Made by a program: the position numbers and the translations under genes. Source: Thalia democratica (Eukaryota). From it: DNA of 64,000 nucleotides. The notes beneath the pieces were generated by a model. The model searched no databases. It saw nothing but the letters and a program-made list of their open reading frames with translations, and had not been told where the DNA came from. The stretch is taken from the NCBI GenBank assembly GCA_965202585.1, contig OZ241826.1, positions 69,130,001-69,194,000 on the forward strand, read 5' to 3'. This document shows, one piece after another, positions 37,231-49,685 of this stretch. The number at the start of each line of letters is the position of its first letter. Position 1 is the first letter of the stretch.

Positions 37231-38374
37231 GTAACATTTTAATACCAGTTGTATTTCCTATGTACTTGTATATATTTATTTATTTTTTAACTTCTTTCTA
37301 TGAAAGTATGCTCGTTTCTAATGCAAACACTAATTTCGCCTAGTCATTAGTTTACAGTATTCCTAAAGTTGTTTACATTATTTTCATGAAATTTAATACA
37401 AGTATTTCACTTGATACTGCGTAGATCAAGGAACGATAAATTTTAGTAATTAATAATTCTGAACAAAATTTAATTTCAACTTAAAATAACTTTTGGCGAT
37501 TTATTAAAAGGCAACTATGCCGCGTAATAAAAATTAAAGCTAAACTTTTTTCATTAAAGCTTATATTAGTTTTAACTTAACTATTGTTAAATATAGTTAA
37601 AAAACAATAATTAGTCTAATATTAAATTTTATGTATTATCGATTAACCATACCAATTTTGAAGAGTATAATATGAAACATTAGAAGGTTTATTATTCTTA
37701 AAAAATTTATCTTTTTTAATCTTTTATCTGAGGTTTAAAGCAGGGAACGGCTGACAATTGGTTCTCCGGGCCAAATTTCAAGTTTCAAAGTTTTCCGCGG
37801 GCCGCAGTTTTAGTTTTAGTCAGTTTTTATTTTTAATAGGGATTAGTCACATTTAGCTACTTATAGGGGTGTAGCCTGGTTTATTTAAAATGCATTTTTA
37901 TTTTAGTGTCTAGAATTAATATTTAATATAATACTTATCTCCTAATATTATTTCTATCATTATTATAAATTCATTTAAATAAAATAAATGTTTTGTTCTT
38001 TTCATTATCTCATTACCTAACTCTTAAACAATGAAATAAGCAATCTATCAGACGTTTTGTGTTTGAAAAAAACTTACACGATACACAACAATAAAAGATC
38101 AACTACAAACACAGTGACGCAATAAAACAATTAATAAAATTTGATATCCTTTTCTAGTTCGGTTTCATAAAGTGTCGTTTTTTTTCTCTTCATTCCAGTC
38201 TTTTGAATTTTGTAGATGGCCATTTCACGTTGTCATTTACAAGCAACTCTCACTGACATCTGTAAAAACTATGCTCAAAAAACAGATGTGGATCACTTTA
38301 AACAATTTTTATATAATCAAGTTCTATTTATTTAGATAACATTTTATTTTAAGTTGTTATATATCTTTATATGA

Positions 38375-38628
38375 TTAACAAAAAACATCGGCGAAAGTCA
38401 GCAGAGCAGAAGCCTTTCGGTAGAAACTTGTGGTCTGATGATCGAATTTGCGTGATCAACCCTATTGTTAAACTTGAGCTTGTCTCACGGCAAACGAAAG
38501 TCCAGGCTTCTGCTCTGCTGACTTTCGCCGATGTTTTTTGTTGAAGACTGATGAGTCCTAATAAGGACGAAACCGGTCTCAGTCTACCGAAACTTGTGGT
38601 CTGATGATCGAATTGGCGTGATCAACCC
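38375..38628 (+). mobile_element. 254-bp retrozyme / non-autonomous Penelope-like insertion, copy 2
   Basis: TSD tatatctttatatga at 38360-38374 and 38629-38643; direct repeat gaaacttgtggtctgatgatcgaatt at 38423 and 38589; ~40-bp inverted repeat at the 5' end. Confidence 0.82.
38541..38585 (+). ncRNA. Minimal type I hammerhead ribozyme motif
   Basis: CTGATGA (38548-38554), stem II GTCC/GGAC with taataa loop, GAAA, palindromic stem III ACCGGT, GTC triplet (predicted cut after 38578). Stem I has only 2 clear base pairs. Confidence 0.7.
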
Positions 38629-41608
38629 TATATCTTTATATGAAAATAATCTTTATATATTCAATACATTGCACAGAACATATTTAAAGTTTTAGTTAAT
38701 TTGTTAAGTTAACTAAAATATAAATAAAACTTATTTTATTTTAAACAGCGCAAGGAATTTATTTAGAACCTTTAAATACTTTAATAATCTATTTAAAGTT
38801 TTCTTGGTTGCAACTTTTTGAAACAAAAAAGTTACAATCATTTACATCAAACCAGTCAGTGTTTTTAAAAGATAAAAAAATGTAAAAAAGCCAAGATTGA
38901 AAATTTTTGCCATTTAAACAAAATAATTTACAAACTGAAAAAATATTTTAATTTTAGTAAATAGTTTTTTATTTCTTTTAAATTTTTCTTCACAAATTTC
39001 AATATAGTGATAAAATAATTATAAAAGAAACATTTTTGAAACATGTCAAAGCAAAGACCTAAATTATAAAGAATTGACATGTTAGTCAAACACTGTAATG
39101 TTTGTACACATAAAAACCTTTATACTAAATAAAATAACTTATTGCATTGTCAACTTACTGAATCTAAGAAACTTTTCAATTCAAGTACGTAAGCTTTTGT
39201 ATACAGTCCAAGATTTTGTTGTTTGAAAGGAAAAGCAAAATCTAAACTCTAAAGAAAAACTGCTAGAACTAGTATCTGTCTTTTTTCACATATTTAAGCC
39301 TAAACAGTAAAGATAATAAATGGTTTTTTAAATAATATCCAGAAACTTAAAACAAAACTAATAAAAACACTGTTTTTTTTATTTCAAAAAGTCAATTTAA
39401 AATATAGTTTTGTTTAGCGGGCAAAATTTACATGCTTGCAGGCCGCAGCTTTTTTTTTTTGCGGGCCACAAATTTACACTTCGAGGGCTGCAGTTGGCCC
39501 GCGGGCCGCAGTTTGCCGACCCCTGGACTAAAACTTCAAAAATTTTGTTCAAATAGCAGCCAAGTACATTGTCACTACATCCATCTATTGCTGAGGAGAG
39601 TATCTGTTAAGCAAATGAAAATTATACTTTGTAAAGTTTTTATATCATAAACACATCATTAATATTTTATACATATCAAGCATAAAAGACATATTTAAAT
39701 TAAAATTATTTTAAACTCTTCATCCAAACTTATATATTTTTAAAACGTTTTTAAGAAGTTCAAATAGTTTCAACTAATCACTATTTGATATTTATTTAAG
39801 TTACAACCAAACATGTGCACGACTGAAAAAATTCGGACGATTCAAATACTTAAACAAAATTATATCAAAAATAATAAATATTTGAAAATATAAAAAGCGT
39901 ATGTAGATCTCATTAATATCTACAAGCCATATTTTCCTTTCTACAAAACTTTCAATATTTATTTGAAATGATTTCAACAAACTTTTAAATATAATTATAT
40001 TCAGTAGTTTAAAAAAAATTCAAATAATAATTAAAAACTTTACAAAAGTAAAAAATGACTAGTAGATATTGATAAGACCTACTACATATGTATTAACTTT
40101 TAAAAAATATATTGATTTTGAAGATATAGTCTGTCAAACATTTTTTAAAGAATTTGGATTGTCATGCAACCCAATCAAATAAGTTTAAATAAAGAAAGCC
40201 ATTTTTTGTAAAAAAAACTTTTGTAATAGTTCAACGATTGTTGTATACTTTATATCTATATAACTATTGTTTTTATTAACCTTAAACATAAAGATAGACA
40301 AAAAAAAACAAAAATTAATTATTAAAGTAGCAGGTGAGGCGACATTCGAACGAACAGTTTGAAGCATAATTTTACAAAATGTTTCTGGCTCAACAAATGA
40401 TACAATCAAGCGAGCTGATTTTGTAGTGTGAAAATTATTTTACTGCATAAACTTCATAGAAAAAACTCGCTTACAATAATAAAAGAAAAATTTAAGGCTT
40501 AAATCAAAATGTTTTTTTTTTAGTTTCAAAAAGTAAAACTAATTATATCAGTATTTTGCTTGAGGCCATGGGAAATCTTTTTAGAATTTTTTAATTTCAA
40601 GTTTAAAAAGAATATATCTATCAATTTTATAGTTAGAATTTGTTAGTATGAATTTAAAACTTACTTTAAATATATATTTTCTTTCTTTATATTTCTGTAT
40701 TTTAATAGTTTATTGAAAGATTTAAAAAGAACTAAAACTTTAGGTTAAAAACTTCTTTATAAAAATTCCTGCAAGTAAAAAAGTAGTCAAAAGTAAACTA
40801 AGTTTGAAAGAGAAATTTGTAAAAGTTTGTAGAAGATTGTTAAAAAAAACAAGGGGAACATATACTTGAAGTAATTTTTTTTTTCACCCAATTTAATTCG
40901 GGCTTTCTATAATAAACCTATAGAACTTGCCAACTTTTAATGAATATCTCAAAAGTTTATTTAAATTTAGTTAAGTGGTAAAAAGTGTCCGATAACTGTG
41001 ATAGAATAATACAAAGTAAAATCAACTTGTAAGAAATAAAGTCAATTTCCCCATGACCTTAATCATCAGACAGCAAACTGCGGCCTACGGCATACCTAAA
41101 AGCTAAAAAAATAATTATTACAACAATTGTTATAAAAATTTTCGTAAAAACCTAACAATACAGTTCTTAATCTAGTTATTATCCTTAAACATTTATTACT
41201 GCTTCTTTTATCATGTTTTTGATAAAGAAGAACAGTTTTAAATTGGTATATACAACCGTTTTGAATTAATTTGGGCCCATGAAAGACTTTTTTCTATACA
41301 GCGAGGCCTGCAAACAACTTTTTATAGAAAAACTGATCCGCGACTTATAAAAGGCTGCTGCCTCCTGATGATATATAAAAAATCTGTAAGCTGCAAACCT
41401 AGGGCGCTTCTGATTGGTTAATGTTTTACTTATTTAAAAATCGATTAAATCCTTAAACTTGTAACTAAGCATTTAATTTATCTAGTGAGTTTGATTATGA
41501 CGTTTTCACCAAACTGATATTCAAAACATATTTTAATACGAAAAACATAAAAACAAACTGTAACAAGTGTTTTTATACTTTGATTGCATTCCAATTATTA
41601 AAATCAAT

Positions 41609-42847
41609 ATGCCAAGTGGTCAAAAGACTTCGGATTTTCTTGATCAAATCATGAAACGAATGGACGAGACAATTGGGTCGATCGGCGCATCTAAACAAGT
41701 TCCTAAAGTCGAAGAACTTCCTCAGGAGGGACCTGAAGATCGTGAAAAGCTTGTTCTAAGGTTCTATCGATTCGAGGCCCCAATTGTCAACTGCGCGAAC
41801 AAAGAAGAGCTGCTGGAACATTTTGAGAAAAGGTGCGAGTGGAAGGTTATGCTCCCTTCAGCTCTTCAAAACGATGAAGCTAAGGAAAACATCAAAAGTG
41901 AAAAAGTCAAGTCTGATGAGATTATGTTTACTCTAGACGAAGTTTTAAAGCCGTGGTCGAAGGCGAGCATGGAGAAGATGCGAATGATGAAGGAAAGAGA
42001 GCAGGCAGAGGTGACGCGACTGTGCTGGCCGGATTACGAGTGCGACCCGGAAATCAAGACAACGCAGAGCAGGTTTCTTTCAGACGCGGAACTTTTCAAG
42101 CCGTGCGCGAGCACCACGCAAAAGAAACGGGTCTCAAAGTACTCAAAACTCGAGGAAGGAGGGAACAAGAAAGCTGTGCTAAAAGAAGATGTTTCTTCAA
42201 AAAATCCGATTGTTGCGAAGCGTAACATTTGCGGTTTCAACAGGAGAAAAAAGAGTCTTCGGGAGTTTGTCGCCAGCAAGAGTGGGTTTAAAAAGTTCAA
42301 CACCAACAGAAGCAAAGCTTGCAACAATTTGAAAGCTCCTTCTACAGTGAAAAGACAGCTTGCTTACAAAAACTCTCAGTTGCAATCCAGCAAACAATGT
42401 TCCGAGCAGGAAGACCGGGAAAGGGCTTACAAAAAATGTCGTTTTGCCATAGAACAGCACAATCTGAACAATCAGATGACAAAGTGTAAGAGCGATCAAA
42501 ACCCATTCAAGCCTGATTTCACTTGCCGGACGAAAACGAGGCCAAGCTGTTTCAACCCGCGAAAACGAAAATGTGAATGGTTAGAAGAAAGAGCTGATAA
42601 AAAGCGTGCTATTGAAAATAAGTTCAATTCCCAGGCAAATGAGAAACAAACTTCTACAAAACCGATCGATGCAAAATACGAGAAGAGCTTGAAAAGGTTT
42701 ATGGACAACACTAAAGCAAATTTGGTCAAATACCAGAAATCCTCGACAAAATTGATCGGATTTGTTCCTCTGACCAGTTCTCGCAGGCGAAAGTTTAAGT
42801 CTAAGATCTCGTTCAAAAATAACAAGTTAGTTAAAGCACGTTGTTAA
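41609..42847 (+). CDS. Orphan protein, 412 aa (copy U4, intact)
   Basis: Uninterrupted ORF, near-identical to the U3 copy with a 4-residue longer C-terminus (KARC). Confidence 0.75.
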   Translation: MPSGQKTSDFLDQIMKRMDETIGSIGASKQVPKVEELPQEGPEDREKLVLRFYRFEAPIVNCANKEELLEHFEKRCEWKVMLPSALQNDEAKENIKSEKVKSDEIMFTLDEVLKPWSKASMEKMRMMKEREQAEVTRLCWPDYECDPEIKTTQSRFLSDAELFKPCASTTQKKRVSKYSKLEEGGNKKAVLKEDVSSKNPIVAKRNICGFNRRKKSLREFVASKSGFKKFNTNRSKACNNLKAPSTVKRQLAYKNSQLQSSKQCSEQEDRERAYKKCRFAIEQHNLNNQMTKCKSDQNPFKPDFTCRTKTRPSCFNPRKRKCEWLEERADKKRAIENKFNSQANEKQTSTKPIDAKYEKSLKRFMDNTKANLVKYQKSSTKLIGFVPLTSSRRRKFKSKISFKNNKLVKARC

Positions 42848-44210
42848 TTTTTAAGTTTTAATCAAAGTTGAAGTAGTTTTTACTTATTCAAAATTTAATT
42901 TTTCAAAGATTTAGTTATAAGTATTTTAGTTAGATAAATTGATTGTTTTAATTCTGTTTTTTTTTTGTTAATTTTCTTCAGACATTCTACCCATTTTTTT
43001 TGTTTAAAAAACTTTGTTCCTAAAAAAAAATTTTATGCTAAATGATAAGCAGTTGTTGCAAGTAGTTTTTGAGTTGGCAAATTTTTAGAAAATACAAGTG
43101 ATTGATTTAAAATGTTAGTGTCAGGTTTAAAAAAATTACTCTTTTGCATTTTTTCACGTTTAATTTATTTCAAGTTAACATTTTTAAATGTTATTGTTAG
43201 GTTTTAAAATTCCAGGTTTTTAAATAATATTTTTCAATGTTAGTGTCAGGTTTAATATACTAGGTTTTTTTAAGGAAATACTTTTGAATATTAGTTTCAG
43301 GTTATTTTTTTAAAGTCAGGTAAACTCAGGTAAAGTCAGGTGGTGAGGTTTACAGCTTTGAAATACCATTAAGGTATTTTAAAGCTGTGAAAAGTGCACA
43401 CTTAATAACAACTGAAGATAAAAAAGTATACATCAATTAACTTTAATAATTTTCAATTGTTATTATTTCCTTCACGTGGTCCTCGCTGTAAGTAGAGTGT
43501 TAGAAACATTAATTAAAAACATAAATGGTTAATGTTTTTTAACTTGTTTTTAACACTTGAAACTAAAGTGCACAGTTATTTGTTTTACATTCTGAAGTAC
43601 TAACTTTAAATTAAAACTTCTTAAATATGATTTAAATTAGAACAAAGATACCAATTTTTAATGAAATGAAGTTTTATCATTTTTAAATTTGGTCAACTGT
43701 AGCTAAGGTTATGAGTTTTGGCCATTTAGGGGTCAATTTTTTTCACAAAAAAAAAACGATGGTTAATAAACAAAATAATTTTAAAGCATATAGATTAAAC
43801 AACTAATTTTAAAGAATAACTAATTAGTTTGTATAATCTGTAATAGGTGTCTTTTATTAAACTTACACTTTTTCATATTTAAATATTTACAATGGTATGT
43901 AATGTATAAAAAACTGTCTTGAATATTTCGTTGAACTAAATTTAGTTTATTTTAAACACATGCTCATACTTTTCACAACTAACGTATATTTAACTTATTA
44001 AAGTTATTTTTATTTAGTTTTTAAACTTATTCTTGATTTAAAACTTGCTAAAAGTTATTGAAACCGTAATTGGTTTTATTGCTTAATTTAAATTACTGTT
44101 GGTTCCTTATAACTTTAGCTATTTACTTAGGACTAAATTAAAGTACTACTATTTTTTCTTTGACTATCTATAACCAATAAGCTAAAATAATTTAAAAAAT
44201 GGTTCAGTAT

Positions 44211-44320
44211 TAGTGATCTACCAAATCCAAGATTCGGACTCGGATTCGGCCGAATCCTAATTTCAAAATAAGATTCGAGTTCGGATATTCGATTCGATAT
44301 TCGGACTCGGTAGACCACTT
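44211..44320. mobile_element. 110-bp hAT-type MITE (duplicate of 7574-7683)
   Basis: tagtgatctacc...ggtagaccact ends. Confidence 0.55.
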
Positions 44321-45586
44321 TAAAATTTTTTAATTTTATTCAACTGTTTGTTAAATGAAATGTAAAACTAATTAATGATTTGACGCTTGAGTTTATAAAA
44401 CAGTGCTTTTTCACACTTATAAAAGCCTTTGATTTAGAGTTTTGCACACAGTATAGAAACAATGATAAATTATTTATGTTAGACTCTCAAATAAAATTAA
44501 GTACATAGTTAAGGCGTTTAATCTCAGCTTTTCAGATAACCGCTCTTACTTATTCTGCATATGTTTAGTTTTTAATGTATGCTCGTGAACCTATTTCGGT
44601 TCAAATAACAAATGCAATTTCTCTTACGAGAATATAAAAAATAAGTATACTTGTAGGTAATTTGTTTCATTTTAGTAAGCTTTTCCTCAGGTCACCTTAG
44701 TTCAGTTAAGTTTTAACTGCATATTTCATGTCTTACCAGAATTTTTTTCTAAACATCTCCAATAAGGTTATCTTGAAAACTTATGACATATATTTGTGGA
44801 TAAATTCATAGATGTTTTAGTAGAGAGGTCTAGTTTACGAAGAACATGTAATTATTTAAGTATCTTTTGTTTGGTTGATACGGATCTCAGTATCCATTTA
44901 GATGTTATAAATTATTAAATTAATTGTATCATAAAAGACTTAAAACAAGGATTGTAGAACTTATATATTTTATTTTACGTCTTTCATAATTAAAAAAAAA
45001 AGTTATCATGTTATTTTGTCTATTTTGGAGAGCCTGTTAGTTTAAATAAAAAATCTCAGTTATAACAAGGTTGTTTTTTTTTTGAGGTTTTTCATATAAA
45101 GGTCAATTAGTTATAACAAGAAAAAACTTTAAATATGTATCATTAAAACAGATGCTTGCATACTTTTAGCTATATACCTTTATGTTAATATTTTTTTAAC
45201 ATATTTAATTTATAATTCTAATTGATGACTTATATGTTATATATTGTTTATTGAACAATAAAAATAAGCGTTCAAAACGTTTGGTCTAAGGACCTGGTGT
45301 ACAAAGGAACCTTTCGGTTATCGAGTCGTACACCACATAACTTCAAACACTTTAATGTTTTACTTTAAAAACAATGTACTAAAGATAAAAAATGTTAATA
45401 ACAAAATCTTAACCAATTTTTTAATTATTTTTTTTTTTTTTGAATTTCAATTTTTTGGAGTGAAAGATTTTTAGAAATCAAAATCTTAAAATAATTGAAG
45501 TTATATCATTCTCTTTAGCAATAAGTGGAAATCTTTAACTGTTATTTATGTTCAAATCATATATTTCTTTAAGCGCGCATTGGTTA

Positions 45587-46100
45587 AATGAAAATGTTGA
45601 GTGCAAACATCGTGTTTGGCATTGCCGTGAAATGGAGGATGAGCACACTCGATAAAACATTTGTAAACTTTTAGGATATGCTTAGTAATTGGAATATAGT
45701 AATTGGATCATGTTCACATTTTTTAGCACAAACAAAACAAAAAGCCTTGCTTCTTGTTCAAGATGTAGATACAAGGTGGAACTCAACATATTTTATGCTA
45801 GAGAGACTAAAAAAGCTTTAATCAGGTTACTGGTACTATGTGGCTAACTATAAAAACGATTAAGATTCGATTGTTACAGCTAAAGAATGGCAACTGGTTG
45901 ATCACATTATTCTACTGCTGGAACCTTTTTTTTTATAACAAAGGAGTGTAGAAAAACAATGCATTGCTCTTTAGCGTAATCCCGCATGCAAGATCACTGA
46001 CGAAATCAGTTAACACTAATAAAAATTCAAAAAAACTATTAAATATTTGTAAAAATTTAGCCAAAAATATAGAAGAGGCTTGCGAAAGAAGGTTCTTTAC
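45587..46100 (+). pseudogene. hAT transposase remnant (duplicate of 8979-9500)
   Basis: LLVQDVDTRWNSTYFMLERL motif at ~45750-45810. Confidence 0.75.
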
Positions 46101-49100
46101 TAGGGACTGCCAACACTTTAAATCGTTTTTTTTATTCACACATGACACTTTCTATTCTCCGACATTTCAAATATTCACTTAACCCTCCGACTATAATATA
46201 ATTCTTCACATCTTTGTGTTTTAAGTTTCAAATTTAATTGGAATCTTGTATTCAAATCACAGATAAACCGTGCTTTTTAACTATTACGCCCAATAGAGCT
46301 AGAGGTTTTTTGCTGCAGGTTTATCTTTAGCATATGACCACCTTGTTGTTTTAGGTTTTACATTTTAACTTTCATATATAACACAGTTTAATTATTAAAT
46401 ATTTAAAACATCCTGTATGGGATCTTTAATTTAAACACCCGACTGCTCCTTTATATACAACAATCAATAATTTTAATAACTATTATATACAATATATTTG
46501 TAGTTGAAGTCATTGTGATTTTATGTATGTCGCTGTTACTTAATTATCGGTCAGTGCTTTGTAAGCTTAATAACAAGTTTTTTTTTTTTTTGGCGCTTTG
46601 CTTTCTTTAATTTTTACATTTTTACTAAATCTGCTTCCTAATTGTATCTAACTTTGATTTTGTTATAATTTTAGCTTTAATCATTACAAACATTTAATAT
46701 ATAAAACACACGTTATATCAAGAGTGACTTTATTTCCTGTGACTTTTATTGTCTTTACCATTGTTAGATTTTATTAATTCACTAATTAATGGTTGTTGTT
46801 TCATTTTTATTCAAAATAGAATACATACTACTTTTCATATTAAAGCGCTTTACTGCTTTCCCAAACATAAAGACTAAATTAACTAACTTAACAATACAAA
46901 TTAAACAGCTGTGTTAGTGTTCATATATATTGTGACGTATTTTTTAGATGTATTTTGTTCAATCATTGGCAACGGTAAAATAAATTTGAATTAGTTATTC
47001 TTTCCGTTATAGTAAGTGGTTTGTTTATATTATGATTTGTTGTTTTGTTGTGTATTTTAGCTTACTTTACTTAATCTAGACTTAACAATAACAAAAATTA
47101 TATAGTTTTATAACAGTCGGATTTAACATAAAGTATTTTACCTATTATTAACTATTAATATGTAAAAATTATTTTATTTTAACTTTAATGAAAACACGTA
47201 TAGAACTACTTTATTCTATGCTTCTATTCTTTCATTACAGTAATTATTTTTTTACAGCCAGTTAAAGTGTGTGATATGTTAACACACAGAAACATATGTT
47301 GGTACATACAATAAAGGAAGATTACTGTATAATTTGTTTTTATTCATATTCCAGTGAACTTGTTTCACTAGGATCTTTTGTTAGCAAACGATTAAATCTA
47401 TATTTTGAACAGTTTGGTCACTTTTATACATTTTTTGTATTATGAACCACTTTTTCAGATTTAAAAAGTATTAATTTTTGAAAACCATTTTGGCGTTTTA
47501 AATAGTTTGAACTCTTTGGAAAACTCAGTAATTAGTTTAATAAATAAAATTGATACCTATTTGTATTGAAAAAATAATAATTAAAAATTTTTTAACATGT
47601 ATAATGCTATTATACTTTAATAAAATACCTTATTTGTACTTAATTACTCTCTTACATGGTTGCGACTTTAAACGCAAAAATGTCTGACTTATATCAAACC
47701 AGCCTAAGTTTATTAAAAGTTTAAAAACTTTAACTAAATGCTTAAATACGTCACTAAAATATCATCATTATATAAGAAGACATAATATTTAAAACTAGTA
47801 AAAAATACAATTAATAAACTACACTACAGTAATAAAGCCTATTCTGAAAGCTCGAAGATTTATTCAAAGAGATGATTTTCATATTTAACAAAAAAAAATG
47901 TTATAAGTCAGCTTGATAGGACAATTAACTTCTAAATATAATTATAACGAAAGTCGAATTATTTAATATCCATTAATGAAGTAGAAAAGCTTATTTTTTT
48001 ATTTAGCATTATATATATTATTTATCTGCAACAATTAGGAACAATTCAAAGTTTTTGCACACAAAATGTAACAAAAAATGTCATGAAACGTAACAAGCGC
48101 TAAGCAGTAAAGTTTCAAAATGGAAGATGTTGCCTCTTTTGAGCGATCTTAGCAATTCAAAAGGCAACACATAGTAAAAAGTCGACTTTGTCATCTTAAT
48201 AATTCTCTGACTTAAAGCTTTGTAATATTTTCTAAGCATTTTGTTATAGACTTTGTGTAGCTTTTTTTTAAACTAAAGACTTTTTGTTTCAACAAAAAAA
48301 TTGAATTAATTTGCGTTAGTGAAAACTTTTTAAATATTAACAGTATTTGATTAAAAGATACTTTCTCTGCTACTTGGCATTTATCAACCTATTGTAATTG
48401 AAAATATTTTCTAAAAAATCATATTATCCTAATATTTTCGGCATAAATTTGTTTAAAAGTCTTGCTAATACATTTGTAGATGTTTTTAGTTGTTACAACT
48501 GTTTTAAGTGAGTTTACTTTAAGATAACTTTCTATTCTTCTAAGATCGCCAGTCATTTTGGTTATTCGTGCTGGCTTAACTGCCTGATTTTTTTTTGATA
48601 GATTGCAAAAAGATAATTTTTCATACTTAACTAACTGTATATATAATTTCAAGTCTGCTTATTTTCTAAATCTATAAAGCTTTTATTTTGTTTTTTTATA
48701 GTGCCCTAAGCAATACTATTACATTTTTCAAGCAATATTACTACTAAAATTTATAACTAGATTGTGTAGAGTCAAAGTTACATTTGAAAAAATCATTTGG
48801 TTAGGGGCGGTTTTGTAATTTTTAGCCGAATCAGTGGGCTATTTAGTTAACGAGTTTAGTAAACCCTGCTACAGACTATCCACTAACGAACCTAGATTAT
48901 TTAAAAATGATTCAAATAATAACTAACTAAAAGATTAAAAATTACTTCAATTGTTCGGACTTGCTACAGAACTTTAAAAAACATTAAAAATTAAACTTCT
49001 AACTTGAAACCAAGATTCGCACTTTTTATAAACTCAATAACTCTTCAAAATCAAAAGTTTAATTTGAAACTAATCTAAGAAGTATTGTTGTTTACCGAAA

Positions 49101-49121
49101 ATGAATTGAGAGCAAACTTAT

Positions 49122-49473
49122 GGGTTACATGACAATTTAAATTATAAAAAAAAAATTAAAGGTCCACCCTAAACTTAAAAATTATTATACATTTGAAAAA
49201 AAATAAGTATGTTGGTCTTATTAAAATCTACAAGTAATTTTTTCTTTTTGTAAAATATTAAGTATTTTTAAAGATACTAAAAACATAATAAAAATAAGTA
49301 TACTTTAAAATTTATTTAAGCCACATCAAAAAAATATTTAAAATTTTATTAAAAGAAAAATGAATTTGTAGATATTAATAAGACCTGCATATATATTTTT
49401 TTTTCAAATATATACTACTTTTTAAGTCGTGACCCTTTAATTTTTGTTTTAGAGTTTGAATTGTCGTGCACCC
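49122..49473. mobile_element. Fold-back MITE with long imperfect TIRs
   Basis: gggttacatgacaatttaaa / tttgaattgtcgtgcaccc ends; near-perfect 8-bp TSD aaacttat/aaacttgt; central inverted repeat ggtcttattaaaatctac / gtagatattaataagacc. Confidence 0.6.
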
Positions 49474-49685
49474 AAACTTGTGAGTATTTTATAAAACAAA
49501 GCATATTTCATGATTGAAGTTTAATTAATATGTTGAAGACCAAAAAGCTTTTGTTTGGCGGGCAAGTTGTCAAGCCCTTGTTCAATACCGTGGTTAAGCA
49601 ACGTATTAGGATTAAAAGGCCAATTTTTTTAGAAAAACTTACCTGTTAGCCACAATTCAAAGTATTTTCAAATATCTTTAAAAAT

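Larger units (their letters stand above)
37741..39525 (-). mobile_element. Charlie-like hAT element in U4
   Basis: Ends cagggaacggc... and ...tttgccgacccctg, as in U1 and U3. Confidence 0.7.
36214..43904 (+). repeat. Tandem unit U4
   Basis: Colinear with U3; ORF-to-ORF period 7914 bp; followed by flank X like U1. Confidence 0.9.
43905..46116 (+). repeat. Flank X, second copy
   Basis: Colinear with 7264-9516; homology stops just inside tagggactgccaac at ~46101-46116. Confidence 0.85.

Noticed and set aside
38430-38462. ggtctgatgatcgaatttgcgtgatc as a second hammerhead or a box C/D snoRNA
   Set aside because: CTGATGA is present, but no correctly placed GAAA and stem III follow, and there is no downstream box D with a terminal stem.
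1-46116. The whole array being an assembly duplication
   Set aside because: The copies differ by many substitutions, indels and TSD-flanked insertions, so they are distinct sequences. Haplotype mixing across the gaps cannot be fully excluded.
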